A DNA stretch of 64,000 bases from Callorhinchus milii (Eukaryota). A program made the position numbers and the translations under genes. The notes under the pieces were generated by a model. That model was not told the DNA's origin. It ran no database searches and worked only from the letters and a program-made list of their open reading frames with translations. The first letter of the stretch is position 1; every line of letters starts with the position of its first letter. The stretch is taken from assembly GCF_018977255.1 (NCBI RefSeq), contig NW_024704742.1, positions 90,212,001 to 90,276,000 on the forward strand, given 5' to 3'. Positions 50,709 through 62,990 of this stretch are shown here, one piece after another.

Positions 50709-51147
50709 GTGTCAGCCTAGCTCAGTTGGTGGCATTCTGCATCAGAAGACTGTAAGCTTAAGCCTAATGTAAGGTCTTTGAAATCACAATCTAGGCTGAC
50801 ACTCCAGCGCAGTGCAGTGCTGGAGTGTGGTGCATTGTCGGAGGTGCCAAACTTTCAATGAAACGCTAAACCAAGGTCCTGTCTGCCTATTCAGGTGGAC
50901 GTTAAAGATCCCATGGCACTATTTGAAAAAAGAAGGGTGTTTCTCCTGGTGTCCTGGATAACAATCACACAGGTTAAAAAAAAACTGGCCATTCACTTCA
51001 CAGATGTTTGTGGGACAAGCCTGTGCACTAACTGTCTGCTTGCTTGCCTACAAAATACAGTCACTGCACCCTACAGTAAATGCTGTGAAGCGTTTCGTGA
51101 CAATGATGACATTACAATGTACTATATCAAGTGCAATAGTTATATTG
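50709..51147 (+). mobile_element. SINE-A full length
   Basis: gtgtcagcctagctcagttggtggc head; ggacgttaaagatcccatggcactatttg core; L2-like tail. Confidence 0.88.
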
Positions 51148-52461
51148 TCTTAACTCAGTTTGACTTGGGTGCATTTATGTGAAGCTGCTCTCCACAACCA
51201 ATAACAAAGATGGTAGCTGCCATTCGCTCCTGGTGTAACCATTGTGCCAGAGCCAGGGTGGGGAGAAAGAGCCAATTGATAATTAAATTGATTAAAATCA
51301 CTATGTCTCTTCACAAATATGACGCAATCACATTATGAAATATCTTCATCTTAGCAACAGACTTCACTCCTCAATTTCAAGTACGCCTTCTCAAGACTTT
51401 CTCGCACACATTGAAACTGTTTGTTGTTAGCCAAGTAACTTTATAGCCTGGGAGCAAACCAAGACAATACATTCTCAAAACAGAATTAGATAACTGCAAT
51501 GAGTATAATAGATATCTATAATTCACTTTAAAAAAATATCTGAATACATTGGAAATAAATTAGCTATGCACTGTAAATTTTAAATATAAATCATATATAT
51601 AAATGAATCATTATATTCAAAAAACCCTCCCCCTCCCCCCAACCTCCCCTGAGTGCTTTCCTCTAACAGATGGTGTTGAAGTGAGGGCTACCAGCAACTA
51701 TCTATAATGTCATTCTCCAGGGAAGGCAGCAATAATAGATTAACTAGAATTGTAGGACTCAGAGCAGATGCTCTCAGTCTTTCCATGATCCACCCAAGCT
51801 CTCAAATCACATCACCACCTATTACTGTTTTTAAAATAAGACTATGCAGCATGTGATATCCTCATTGGTAACGGAGAGGGAATTTTCTACACTGGTTACT
51901 TCCATTTTCCACCTGTCAATAGTCATGGAAATAGACTACCATCAGATCACCAGATTCTCCCAGCAATGAGCTATCACTAAAGAAACAAGAGCATGTTATT
52001 AATAATACTCAGGTTCACTATTAACATGCTTTGTTTTTATTTGGAAAATTTGAGATGAACAAACAAATGTAGGACAGTGGATATTCACCAATAGTCAGGA
52101 ACAGAAGAGATAAATCAAGTCGTTGATTCCAAACACAGATCAAACTCTAAATACTGGTCCAGGAAGAAAAGGAAGCACTTTTTTGATGTCCTGGCAAAGA
52201 AACATTACAAATAGTAACAATTTGCTGATGAAGTATGAGAAAGCCAAGATGGGTTGCAATGAAGCAAATAAACCGAAAAAGTCCAAAAGATAAAAGTGCA
52301 AGGATACAAAAAAAACACGAGAAAAGAATGAGAGCAAAGAATTGGATACTTAGAGAGAGAGAGAGAGAGAAAAGCAAAAACAAGAAAAAGAAAAGTCAAA
52401 ATCATGTATTAGACTTCAACCTTTTCTGGTATCTATCCAGTAGTGAAAGATTAAACTGAAG

Positions 52462-52545
52462 CTCTGACATGTAGATAACTTATCTCTGACATGTAGATAA
52501 CTTATCTCTGACATGTAGATAACTTATTTCTGACATGTAGATAAC
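52462..52545. repeat. 22-bp minisatellite, ~3.8 copies
   Basis: Unit ctctgacatgtagataacttat at 52462, 52484, 52506 and (partial) 52528. Confidence 0.95.
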
Positions 52546-54164
52546 CTGCCTCCTCCCCACTCCCCGCCTAACCACAAGAGGTAATTAGGCTGCAGAGGGT
52601 ATTAGGACTGTACCTTGCCTTCTGGTTCATCTTGAATTCAGCATTTTCTTGATGCCAGGGTTAAATATTCCGACAAAAACACTTTACACTTTACAGTAAA
52701 TCCTGTGACACACTCTGTGACATCCTCTTGATGTTAAAGGCGCTATGTCGAATGCTAGGGTTATTATCTTGTCATTTTCCTGGCCTCTTGAACTGAGCTT
52801 TTGACATTTCCCATAATGGAATTTGCAGTAGGATACTTTATAAAATATACTGAACAACTTGCAGCCATTTAGTGCATCAGGGGAAAGACAGGAATGCAGG
52901 TAGCACAATGTGATGGTGGGTACTGATCACTCACTGAGCTGCCATTTTAAGAGTTTACACGCTACATAATCGATTTAGATCAGAATGATCAAAAATGCTG
53001 GTGAATAGAGCTCAGAAATAAAGCCGTGTATAAAGTAAGCATAAACACACTGCATTTGGTAGATTATCCAAACAGAGATTCCAACCATTTCATCCACATT
53101 CTCTCCTAATACGTTCATAAAGCCTTATATAAAGAGAGAATTAACACACTGCAATTGCTAGATTATCCATAGATTCCAACCACTTCATTCACATTCTCTC
53201 CTAATAGGTTCATGCAACACAAACCAAAAGGCAATTTTTCACTGTTCTAAAAGCTTCGACTTTTTCTTAGCTTTCCTGCCAGGAATACCTTGGTTGTCCC
53301 AGTGTAACCTCATACAGAATCCTCTAGAACTCCTATTGATTTCCTTCCTGCAGCCTTGCAAATCCCAAAGTGATTTAAAAGCTTTTAGTTCAACATCAAG
53401 TTTGCTGATATATCTTTCTATTACAAATGAAGAAAATCCACTGCATTAGGACATCCATGGCTACAGCTGTTTAACCTTATCATTTTCTTGAAGTCAAACA
53501 AGATTACGACAGTCAGTCATTTGCACAGTGCTGCTATTCTTTTAAACCCATATCTATAAAGAGACACAAGAATGGGCCCACCCAAATTTCATAAGGAACC
53601 CCTAACCGAAGACACCCAGCTGATGGCTGCGCTGACGGCTCTAGCAATTTGAGGCATGCGTGGTCACAAAACTCACAGGCACAGGCCACCAGTATTGTAC
53701 TCGTGGATGTTGTGAATCCTCAGGATCAAAAACAGCTGCAAGAGACTGTGCACTACAACACCAGTGAGAACACCATTAAAATGAACAAACAGATCCGAAT
53801 CATAGGGTGAAATTTGTGGCTTTCTACAATAACAACAACAACTTGCATTTATATCATGCCAGATGGCATCTCAGAGCACATTCTATAATGTGACAAGCAA
53901 GATGTTATGAAATGCTGCAAATTTCAACCCTATTTTCCTGTTTCCCTGATCTCTTATCCTCTCATTGTTTCTCCCAATATAATACTCATTGGAATGTTTT
54001 ATGAACCTGATCAAAGACTCATTAACTTGATAACGTATTGCTTCTCTATGTTCAAAACACTATGGGGACTATGGATTATGTGCACATTGTCCTTTTACAA
54101 CCTGGGTTTGAATCCAATGATGAGATGGAAGTCCCCTCTGAGTTACTGTACGGATGAATGACAT

Positions 54165-57100
54165 AAAATCATAGAATTATACAGCATAGAATGAGGCTAT
54201 TTAGTCCATTGTGTCTGTGCCGCTCTTTGAAAAGAGCTATCCAATTCAATCCCACTTCCCCCGCGCTCTCCCCATAGTCCTGCAAACTTGTCTTCCCCAA
54301 ATACTTCTCTATTAAAATCTGTTATCGAATCAACTTCCACCACCCTTTCAGGCAATGCATTCCAGATCCGAACAACTCGTGTAAAAAAATTTCTCCTCAC
54401 CTCCCCTCTGTTTCTTTTAACAACTATTTTAAATTGGTGCCCTCGGGTTACCAACCAACCCGTCAGTTTCTTCTTGTTCACCCTATCGAATCCCCTCATA
54501 ACAGTTTCTCCTTGTTCACCCTATCGAATCCCCTCATAATCCTGAAAACTTCTATTAAGTCTCCTTTTAATCTTCTCTGCTCCAAGGAGAATAATCCTAG
54601 CTTCTCTAACCTCTCCTGATAACTGAAGTCCCTCATTCCTGGTAAATCTCCTTTGCACCTTCTCCAATGCCTTGACATTCTTCCTAAAGTGTGGGGCCCA
54701 GAACTGAGCACAGTCTCTAGCTGAGGACTAACCAGTGTTTTATAAAGGTTCATCATAACTTCCTGACTTTTATATTCTATGCCTCTATTTATAAAGCCTA
54801 GTACCCCATATGCTTTTTTTAAAAGCTTTATCTACCTGTCCTGCCACCTTCAAAGATTTACTTATATGAACCCCCAGGTCTCTCTGTTCCTTCAACCACT
54901 TTAAGTTTCTACCATCGGCTTATATTGCATTCCCTCATTCTCATCTCAAAATGCATCACTTCACATTTCTCCACATTAAACTTCATCTGCCACGTCTACC
55001 CATTTTACCAGTCTGTCTATGACCATTTGCAGTCTCCTACTATCCTCCTCACTGTTTACTACTTTTCCTAGATTAGTATCATCTGCAAACTTGGAAATTG
55101 TACTCCTCATACCCAAGTCTAGGTCATTTATATAGATTAAAAACAGCAGTGGTCCCAATACTGATCCCTGGGGGACACCACTGCACACTTCCCTCAAGTC
55201 AGAAAAACAACTGTTCATCACTACTCCCTGCTTTCTGTCACGTAGCCAGTTCTGTATCCAGGCTGCCACTATGCCTTTAATATGGTGGGCCTCTAATTTG
55301 CTTACAAGTGTCTTATGTGGCACTTTATCAAATGCCTATTGAAAATCCATATAAACTACATCAACAGCACTACCTGCATCCACCCTCTCCATTACTTCAT
55401 CACAAAATTTTAACAGGTTTGTTAGACATGATTTGCCTTTAACAAGTCCGTGTTGACTGTCCTTTATTAACCCATATTTTTCTAAGTGAAAACTTATTTT
55501 GTCCCGGATTATAGTCTCTAGAAGTTTCCCCATTACTGACGTTAGGCTGACTGGCCTGTAGTTCCCGGGTTTAGCCTTCTGCCCCTTCTTGTACAGGGGA
55601 GTAACATTTGCAACCCTCCAGTCCTCTGGCACCACCCCAGTGTCCAAGGAGGATTGAAAGATTGTGGCCAGAGCTTCCATTATTTTCACCTTTGCTTCCC
55701 TCAGTAACCTAGGATGCAGCCCGTCCGGACCGGGTGACTTATCTACCTTGAGCACCGACAACCTTTTTAGTACCTCCTCTTGGTTTATTCTTATCTTATC
55801 CAATTTCTCTACCCTCTCCTCCAATACTGTGGCATTGGCTGCATCCTCTTCTTTTGTGAAGATAGATGCAAAGTATTCATTCAGTACGTCACCCATGCTC
55901 TCTGCCTCCTTCACTAGAAGATTTCCTCTTTAGTCCCTAATGGACCCAACCTACCTTTGACTAACCTTTTATTCTTTATATGCTTATAAAATATCTTAGG
56001 GTTCCCTTTTATGTTACCCTCTAATCTTTCAGATATAATCTCTTTGCCCGTGTTATTTCCTTTTTCAGTTCTCCTCCGTACTTTCTATATTCTATTTGAT
56101 TATCTTCTGTATTTTGGACTAGACATTTATCATAAGCCTCCTTTTTCTGATTTATTTTAATTCCAATTTCCTTACTCATACAGGGAGGTTTGGATGCCCT
56201 ACCTTTTCCCTTTGTGGGAATGTATTTGTTCTGTCCCTGAACTAGATCCAGCACTGCATCCTTCCTTGTTTGGCTGGAAACTTACAGATCCAGAAAGGTT
56301 TCCTGTACATATTTCAGGTATCCTTCCCCCTCCTTGCCTTTTAGACTGTTATTTTGCCATTCTATGTTAGGATAATTGAAGTCCCCCATTATCACTACTC
56401 TATTGGTTTTGCATCTTTTGCATCTTTCTGAAATCTGCTTGCAGATTTGCTCATCTATCTCCTTCCCATTATTTTGTGGTCTATAGTATACACCAAACAG
56501 AGTAACAGCTCATTTTGTGCTCCTTAACTCTAACCAAATAGATTCTGTTTTTGGACCCTCTAGCACATTGTTCCTTTCCAGGGCCATAACGGTGTCTTTA
56601 ATCAATATTGCCACCCCCCCACACTCCTCTTTATTTTCTTTCCCTATCCCTACCTGAATACATTGCAGGCAGGAATATTCAGCTCCCATTCCTGCCCTTG
56701 TTTGAGCCAGGTCTCCGTTATTGCCACAAAATCATAACCCCAATGTGGCAACTTAAGCCTGCAGCTCACCAATCTTATTTGTCACACTCCGTGCATTTAC
56801 ACACATGCACTCCAAGACCGATTTAGTTTGTTCTGCATTTCTGCCCCTTCTAATCCTTCCTTTTTCTGAATTACTCCTGATTACATTGTTATCCATCTCT
56901 CCCAGCCCTCTTTGTAACTTGTTTATCCTTTCCAATGCTACATCCTGATTCCCTTCCCCCTCAAAATTAGTTTAAACCCTTCCCCACAGCACTAGTTAAC
57001 CTCCCTGCAGAGACACTGGTTCCAGCCCTGTTCAGGTGTAACCCACCTTGTACAGGTCTTATCTGCCCCAGAACTGATCCCAATGATCTAGGAACCTGAA

Positions 57101-57755
57101 GCTCTCCTTTTTGTACCATTTCTCCAGCTATGCATTCATGTGTTTGATCCTGCTGTTTTGATACTCACTTGCACGAGACAACTTGAGCCTGCAGCTCACC
57201 AATCTTATTGAGTAATCCAAAGATCACCACCTTTGAGGTTCTACTCTTTAGCTGTTTCCCTAGCTTCTGATATCCTCCCTGTAGGATCTCAGCCCTTCTT
57301 TTCCCCACGTCATGGATCGCAACATCACCATGATTTCTGGATGTTCCCCTTCCCCTTGTAGAACATTTTGCACCAGTTCCATGATGTCTTCAACCCTAGC
57401 ACCAGGGAGGCAACATACCATGTGAGAGTCACGTCTTTGGTTGCAGAAACGCCTGTCTACTCCTTTCACCATTTTGTCACCAATGACAATTGCATTGACA
57501 CTCTTCCCTGTGTCCCCCTATGCATCCATTTGCTTTTGACTCCCCTCCCCAGAGGTGTCATCACCCTGACCAGATGCCCTGCCATATTCCCAGACATGTT
57601 TTATATTATTTTAATATAAATATTATATATTTTATAATTCTGCTCCTCTTTACCCCTCTGCACCGAATTCCCACTCTCACCAAGTTCCTTAACAGAATTC
57701 TCACTCTGTTTCACCTCACTCAGTTCCCTCCTCACACTGCTGGGCTCTCTGCTCA
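54165..57755 (-). mobile_element. Decayed near-full-length CR1 LINE (ORF1 esterase; ORF2 APE endonuclease and RT)
   Basis: ORF1 remnant RRFCNQRRDSHMVCCLPGARVED (57260-57472); endonuclease CMCVNARSVTNK; RT KSPGPDGLHPR, PGNYRPVSLTS, GVPQGSVLGPLLFLIYIND, KFADD; 3' terminus attctatgattttatg; many frameshifts. The 5' limit (57600-57755) is tentative. Confidence 0.95.
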
Positions 57756-58367
57756 AGTATAATGAGTGTGGGCATATAATGAGTGTGGGCAGTATATCAA
57801 CTCATTTCCTTTGTATGTGTGGGTCCACAGCACAGCGCTGTCTATAGTTTACCACAAATTGATAGTAAGGCAGACTCGCTGCGAGAACCCACAAGTGGGC
57901 CTGGGAAATGAAATGGTCCATTTGTATTGTAGGAGTTGTGAAGTTGGGGTTTTGGGGTAATGATAGGTTTGGAAAATGTCTCTTTTGGAAAATAGCAGCA
58001 TAAATAGGAGCATTCAAGCCAGAGAAGAAAAACTTCAGAGACAAAGTATGTCTCCTCCAGGAAACAGCAAGAATATCATTCCAACACAGAAGAACCTGGC
58101 TCTGACCTTAGGTAACCTTGGAACAACTTCTCTTAGGTCAGTGTGATTTATGTGAGGCTCTCCAGAGGAGACACTCTTTACGCTCAAAGGCACTATTTCC
58201 ATTGATAAGGCAACCCTATTGTGGAGGGAACTACATTCTGGATCTCATCTGCGCTTGTCTACTCTAACCTGAAATTGTATGTTAAAAGTACTCATTCTCA
58301 TTACTCTCAACCTGAAAAGTACAAGAACAATAAATTTAAAGTCTTCCCTACCTGCTTGTTATTCAAT

Positions 58368-58802
58368 TATGATTATAATTGTTGCATTAGATAAAGGGCC
58401 TATTCATGTCAGGAGGACGTCTCAAAATTCTTCACAGGATTTACTGTAAAGTTGAGTGACTGCGCATTTGGAGGCAAACATGGCAGCTATTTTGTACACA
58501 GCAATGTCCCACAAACAGCCATGAAGCAAATAAACAAGTTTATCTGAGGGATTGTTGGCCAGGATACCAGGAGAAACTCCCTGATGCTTTCAAATAGGGC
58601 CATGGGATCTTTAATGTCCATCTGAACAGGCTGAAGGGATCTCAGTTTAATGTCTCATCCAAAGGATGGCACCTCCAATAAAACACGGAAAAAAAGTATT
58701 GAACCTGAGTGTCAGCCTAGACTATATGAGTTCGAAATCCACAATGAGTCTTGAACTCACAACCGTCTGACTCAGAGGCAAGAGTGCTACCATGCTGACC
58801 AG
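58368..58802 (-). mobile_element. SINE-A full length
   Basis: cttgaactcacaaccgtctgactcagaggcaagagtgctacc head (reverse complement); Deu-like core; tail. Confidence 0.88.
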
Positions 58803-58814
58803 CTGGAAGAGAGC

Positions 58815-58940
58815 GACATTGTTGGTGGAACTATTTTTTGGATGATACTTTGAACTGAGGTCCGGTCTGCTTGTTTTCCAGATGGATGTTAAGGATCCAT
58901 GGGACTATTAGAAAAGAGAAGAAAGTTTTCCCCAGTACAG
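58815..58940 (+). mobile_element. SINE-A Deu-like core fragment abutting an L2
   Basis: aactgaggtccggtctgc...gatgttaaggatccatgg...ttttccccagt. Confidence 0.7.
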
Positions 58941-58945
58941 TTAAC

Positions 58946-60349
58946 TGGACCCTCCTCTACTCCCTAACTACCGCCCCATCTCCAACCTCTCCTTCCTCTC
59001 CAAAGTCCTGGAACGAGTTGTTGCCTCTCAGTTTCGCTCCTTGCTCTCCCGCCACTCCCTTCTCGAACCCCTCCAATCGGGCTTCCATGCCGCTCACAGC
59101 ACAGAAACCACCCTGGTCAAAGTAACAAATGATATTCTGTCCATCTGCGACCAGGGCTCCCTCTGCCTCTTCGTCTTCCTTGACCTCTCTGCTGCTTTCC
59201 ACACCATCGACCATTCTATCCTCATCCACCGCCTCTCCTCTCACCTCAACCTCCACGGCGCAGTCCTTGATTGGTTCAGATTGTGACTCTCACACCACCT
59301 GCACTTCATCTCCTCAAATGGTTTCTCCTCTAGCCCCGGGACCATCGTTTGTGTGTTCCTCAGGGCTCTGTCCTTGGTCCCCTCCTCTTCAACATCGATA
59401 TGCTCCCCCTTGGTGACATCATCCACAGACATGGGGTGAACTTCCACATGACACCCAACTCTACCTCTGTCTCCACCCTTGACTCCAGGACCACTGCTGT
59501 CCTGACAGAATGTCTTGTCAGACATCAAGTCCTGGATGAGAGCTAACTTTCTTCAGTGAAATGTCAACAAGACCGAGGCTCTCCTGATTGGCTCCTGTCA
59601 GCGCCTCCTCACCTCAGGCACTGACAGTATCACCATCCATGGTTGCAGACTCCACCTTGCTAAGCCAGTCCAGAATCTTGGGGTTTTGTTTGACCCTCAA
59701 CTATCCTTTCTACCCCACATCTGCACCATGATTTGCTCTGCCTACTCCCGGCTCCGACAATGCCTCATAGGCCGCCGAAACCCACGTACATGCATTCATT
59801 GCATCAAGGCCCATCTATGCAAACTCACTGCTTCTCGGCCTCCCCAACTCCTCCCTCCATAGGCTGCAGTTCATCCAGAACTCTGCAGCCTGTGTCCTCT
59901 CCCACACTAGGATCCGCGACCCTATCACCCCCAACCTCGCCCAACTCCACTGGCTTCCCATCCCATCACCTTCAAAGTACTCCACGGTCTTGCTCTCCCC
60001 TACCTCTGTGACCTCCTAACCCACTACCATCCTGTTCATTCCCTCCGCTCAGCAGGCTCCAGCCTGCTTCACGTCCCTCACCTTGCTCGCCCCAATATCA
60101 GCGGGTGGGCCTTCCGCCACTTTGCACCCATCCTGTGGAACTCTATCCCGCAGTCCCTCCGTCTCGCCCCCTCCCTTGCCACCTTCAAGAACCACCTCAA
60201 GACCCTCCTCTTCGACCATGCTTCCCCCCTTGGCTTCCATGCTCCCGCACCCCAACCCTCAGCTCGGGTCTGTAACTCTGCCTGTCCATCGCCTTGGTAT
60301 GTCCTCCCGACATGAAAGGTGCTATGCAAATTTAATTTTGTTGTTGTTA
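58946..60349 (+). mobile_element. L2 LINE, 5'-truncated, 1.4 kb
   Basis: LQSGFHAAHSTETTLVKVTND...LDLSAAFHTIDH, VPQGSVLGPLLF, 3'UTR and (GTT)n tail; possible TTAAC TSD at 58941-58945 and 60350-60354. Confidence 0.96.
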
Positions 60350-60754
60350 TTAACAACATTTTAAGCACTTAAAGGCTGGTAAATTTATTGATCAGTGTAG
60401 AGTAAGAAACAATAATTCTCATTCCCTGCATGTATTCATCCCCGAAAGAATCATCAACCGGTAGTTCACTGTAGTTTGAGCTTAAAAGATTCCAAACGAA
60501 GGTCTTTACACATCACTTGGCCCCTGTTAAAGATTCCTGTTCCAGCCCCTACAGATGTCCTCCTAACGTGAAAGGCATTACATAAATGCAATTTGTTGTT
60601 GTTGAGAACAATTTGCACTCATATTTCTTTAGATTGCCAGAAAGAGAGGACACACATTTAAAACAGTTAAGAACAGTTTGTTTCATATTTCGGAAGCATG
60701 ACTCCGTATTCATCCAAAGTCTCAAAGAATAGCTCTCTAGGAAGCTGATACAAT

Positions 60755-61260
60755 TAAAAAAAAATAATTTGGTCACTCAATCCACGACCGTTTGTGGGAC
60801 ACTGTTATGCGCAATTGTCTGCCATGTTTCACCCACAAAAATATACAGTCAATTCACTTTACAGTGTATTCTGTGAAACGTTTTGAGACATCTCGAAGAC
60901 ATGATAAGGCGCTACATCAAATGCATAGATTATTATTGTTATTATTTGATATAGTGGCTTTAAAGTCAGAACTTCTCAAAGCACTTCACAAGTAATTGTT
61001 ATCAAGTGCAGTCACTGTTTATTTGTGGGCATATGCAGTGGCTAAGTGGCACACAACAATGACCCACAGATAGCCGTGAAATGAATGACCAGTCCATTCT
61101 AAAGGAAAGCTTGGTGAAATGTTCTTCTATTCTCAAATATTGCCATGTCCACCGGACTTTAATGTCCACCTAGAGAACAGGAGGCAGATGGGAATTGGGG
61201 TGAATGTCTCATCCAAAACACAGCATCTGTAACAATGTAGAGTTCTCCCAGTCTCACACT
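60755..61260. mobile_element. Tail-to-tail SINE pair (+ 60755-60945; - 60940-61260)
   Basis: tggtcactcaatccacg...atcaaatgcatagattattattg, then atttgatatagtggc...aatgtctcatccaaa. Confidence 0.8.
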
Positions 61261-62782
61261 GCACACAGAGTAAAAACAAACCTGTTTAAGAATGTATCAC
61301 TGTTTTCGAATACAATTATTTTTTATCAACTACTGGGATTGCTCTCACAGTTATCATGTCATTTCAATTTGAGTTTATTACTAAGACTTTTTAATTACTT
61401 CCAGCCTCTGTTATTCTCCACGTACAGTTAAAGGGAGTTTTCTTTACAGTGTGAGCACAGTCTAAAGACTCCTGCAATAAAACAGACAAACTGTTTTGAA
61501 CATATGAAAGAATTGAGGGACTACACCCTTAACCTGGAGAGAATTTCCTCTCGGTGCTATTGTAATGTTTCTTTTAGAATTTCTGACCTTTTGGACCCCT
61601 TACACCTCCCTGCTCAGCTCATTCTCAGCATGGCCTGGCACTCGTAATCTCCATCTCCTCGCTGTGCTCACACAACCCTTTCCTTAGTTCACTCTCATTC
61701 CAGCCTTATGCAAACTATCATGGGAACGCTTCTGTTCCTTGCATAAGAACCGTGCTTCAGAAGTCTGACACAGTATGGGGTAAAATGTGTAGCCATCTCT
61801 AAACAAAACTTGGTCAAATTTTACTCCATAATATACAATTGTTCAATTGCCAACCTCCAGAAAGCTGATAATTTAAAGTGCAATAGCCCGCAAGTCTATT
61901 CATTCACTTCTACAATTTCAATCCAATGATGGATTTAACAATATTGGTGTTCCCAACACAAGTTCCTTTGAAAATGTTTCTTCCTGCACAGTACCAGCTT
62001 TCCAGGTGCCTCCTCATCTCTAATCCTTTAATTTGTTATTGGTTTATAACTTTGAAACATCTCAAAGTGGTTTGTGGGTAGTTGCTGTCATGTGTAACCA
62101 AAACAACTTGCATTTATATAGTGCCCTCCATGTCAGGCAGCATCCCAGACCTAACGGCTATGCATTTGTCAGCAAGCACCTCCAACCCCTCCAAACCCCC
62201 CACCCCCTCCCACACACACACACACACACACAAATAGACCTCACCACTCCACTTTGAAGAAGCTCAGCAGAATGACCTTTGGTCTCAGTGAGAAAATGTA
62301 CCATATTGTGGAACACGGACAGAAGAATCATAGGTTCAATCTCTGAATCTTTCACTGCACCATTTCAACAACAAGTAACAAATGGAGCACAACAATCTTA
62401 GCATCTCTGGGCCAAGAAGCAGAAAATAATATCTGCCACTCAATCAAATAATTTTTAAAATGTGTATAAGGATGGTGTCAGATTTAGTTGGATGACCCTA
62501 ATGACCAAAGTCACTCAGCATCCACTCACATATGGAGAATGGCTACTTGAGGATTGAAGCTATTCGTGCAACATTACAGCCGTATGATTCAGCATCTGCA
62601 GAGAACAGGAGAAGGGCAGACAATTCAATCTATCTCTTCACTCAAAAGGCTACTGGAAAATTAACCTGAGTGCTAATTTAGCTGTTTAAACATCAGGGAG
62701 AAAATAAGATGCTAATAAATGTCAAAGGAATGATTGATGACTGCTTAAAGAGATAAAAAAAATTAAAGTTTATTACTGAATA

Positions 62783-62990
62783 TAATAATAATCCTTGCAT
62801 TTGATATAGTGCCTTATAATGGGGTCATGATGTCCAAAAGCGCTTCTCAGGATATATAGTACTTTAAATGGATTTCTGTGTATTTTGTTGGCAAAATGCA
62901 GCAGCCAGCTTGCACACAATTATGTCCCACAAACAGCCTTGGAGTGAATGACCAATTTTATTTTATTTGAGGGGATTTTTGGCCAGGATG
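62783..62990 (-). mobile_element. SINE 3' part
   Basis: taataataatccttgcatttgatatagtgcc...gaatgaccaatttt...ttggccagga. Confidence 0.85.

Noticed and set aside
52235..52459. Lys/Arg-rich 74-aa ORF
   Set aside because: Product of A/G-rich low-complexity sequence including a (GA)n microsatellite
52462..52545. CRISPR-like array
   Set aside because: Head-to-tail units with no spacers, no cas genes, vertebrate context
57758..57791. 17-bp tandem tataatgagtgtgggca x2 as the CR1 TSD
   Set aside because: Both copies lie on the same side of the element, with no match at the 3' flank near 54160
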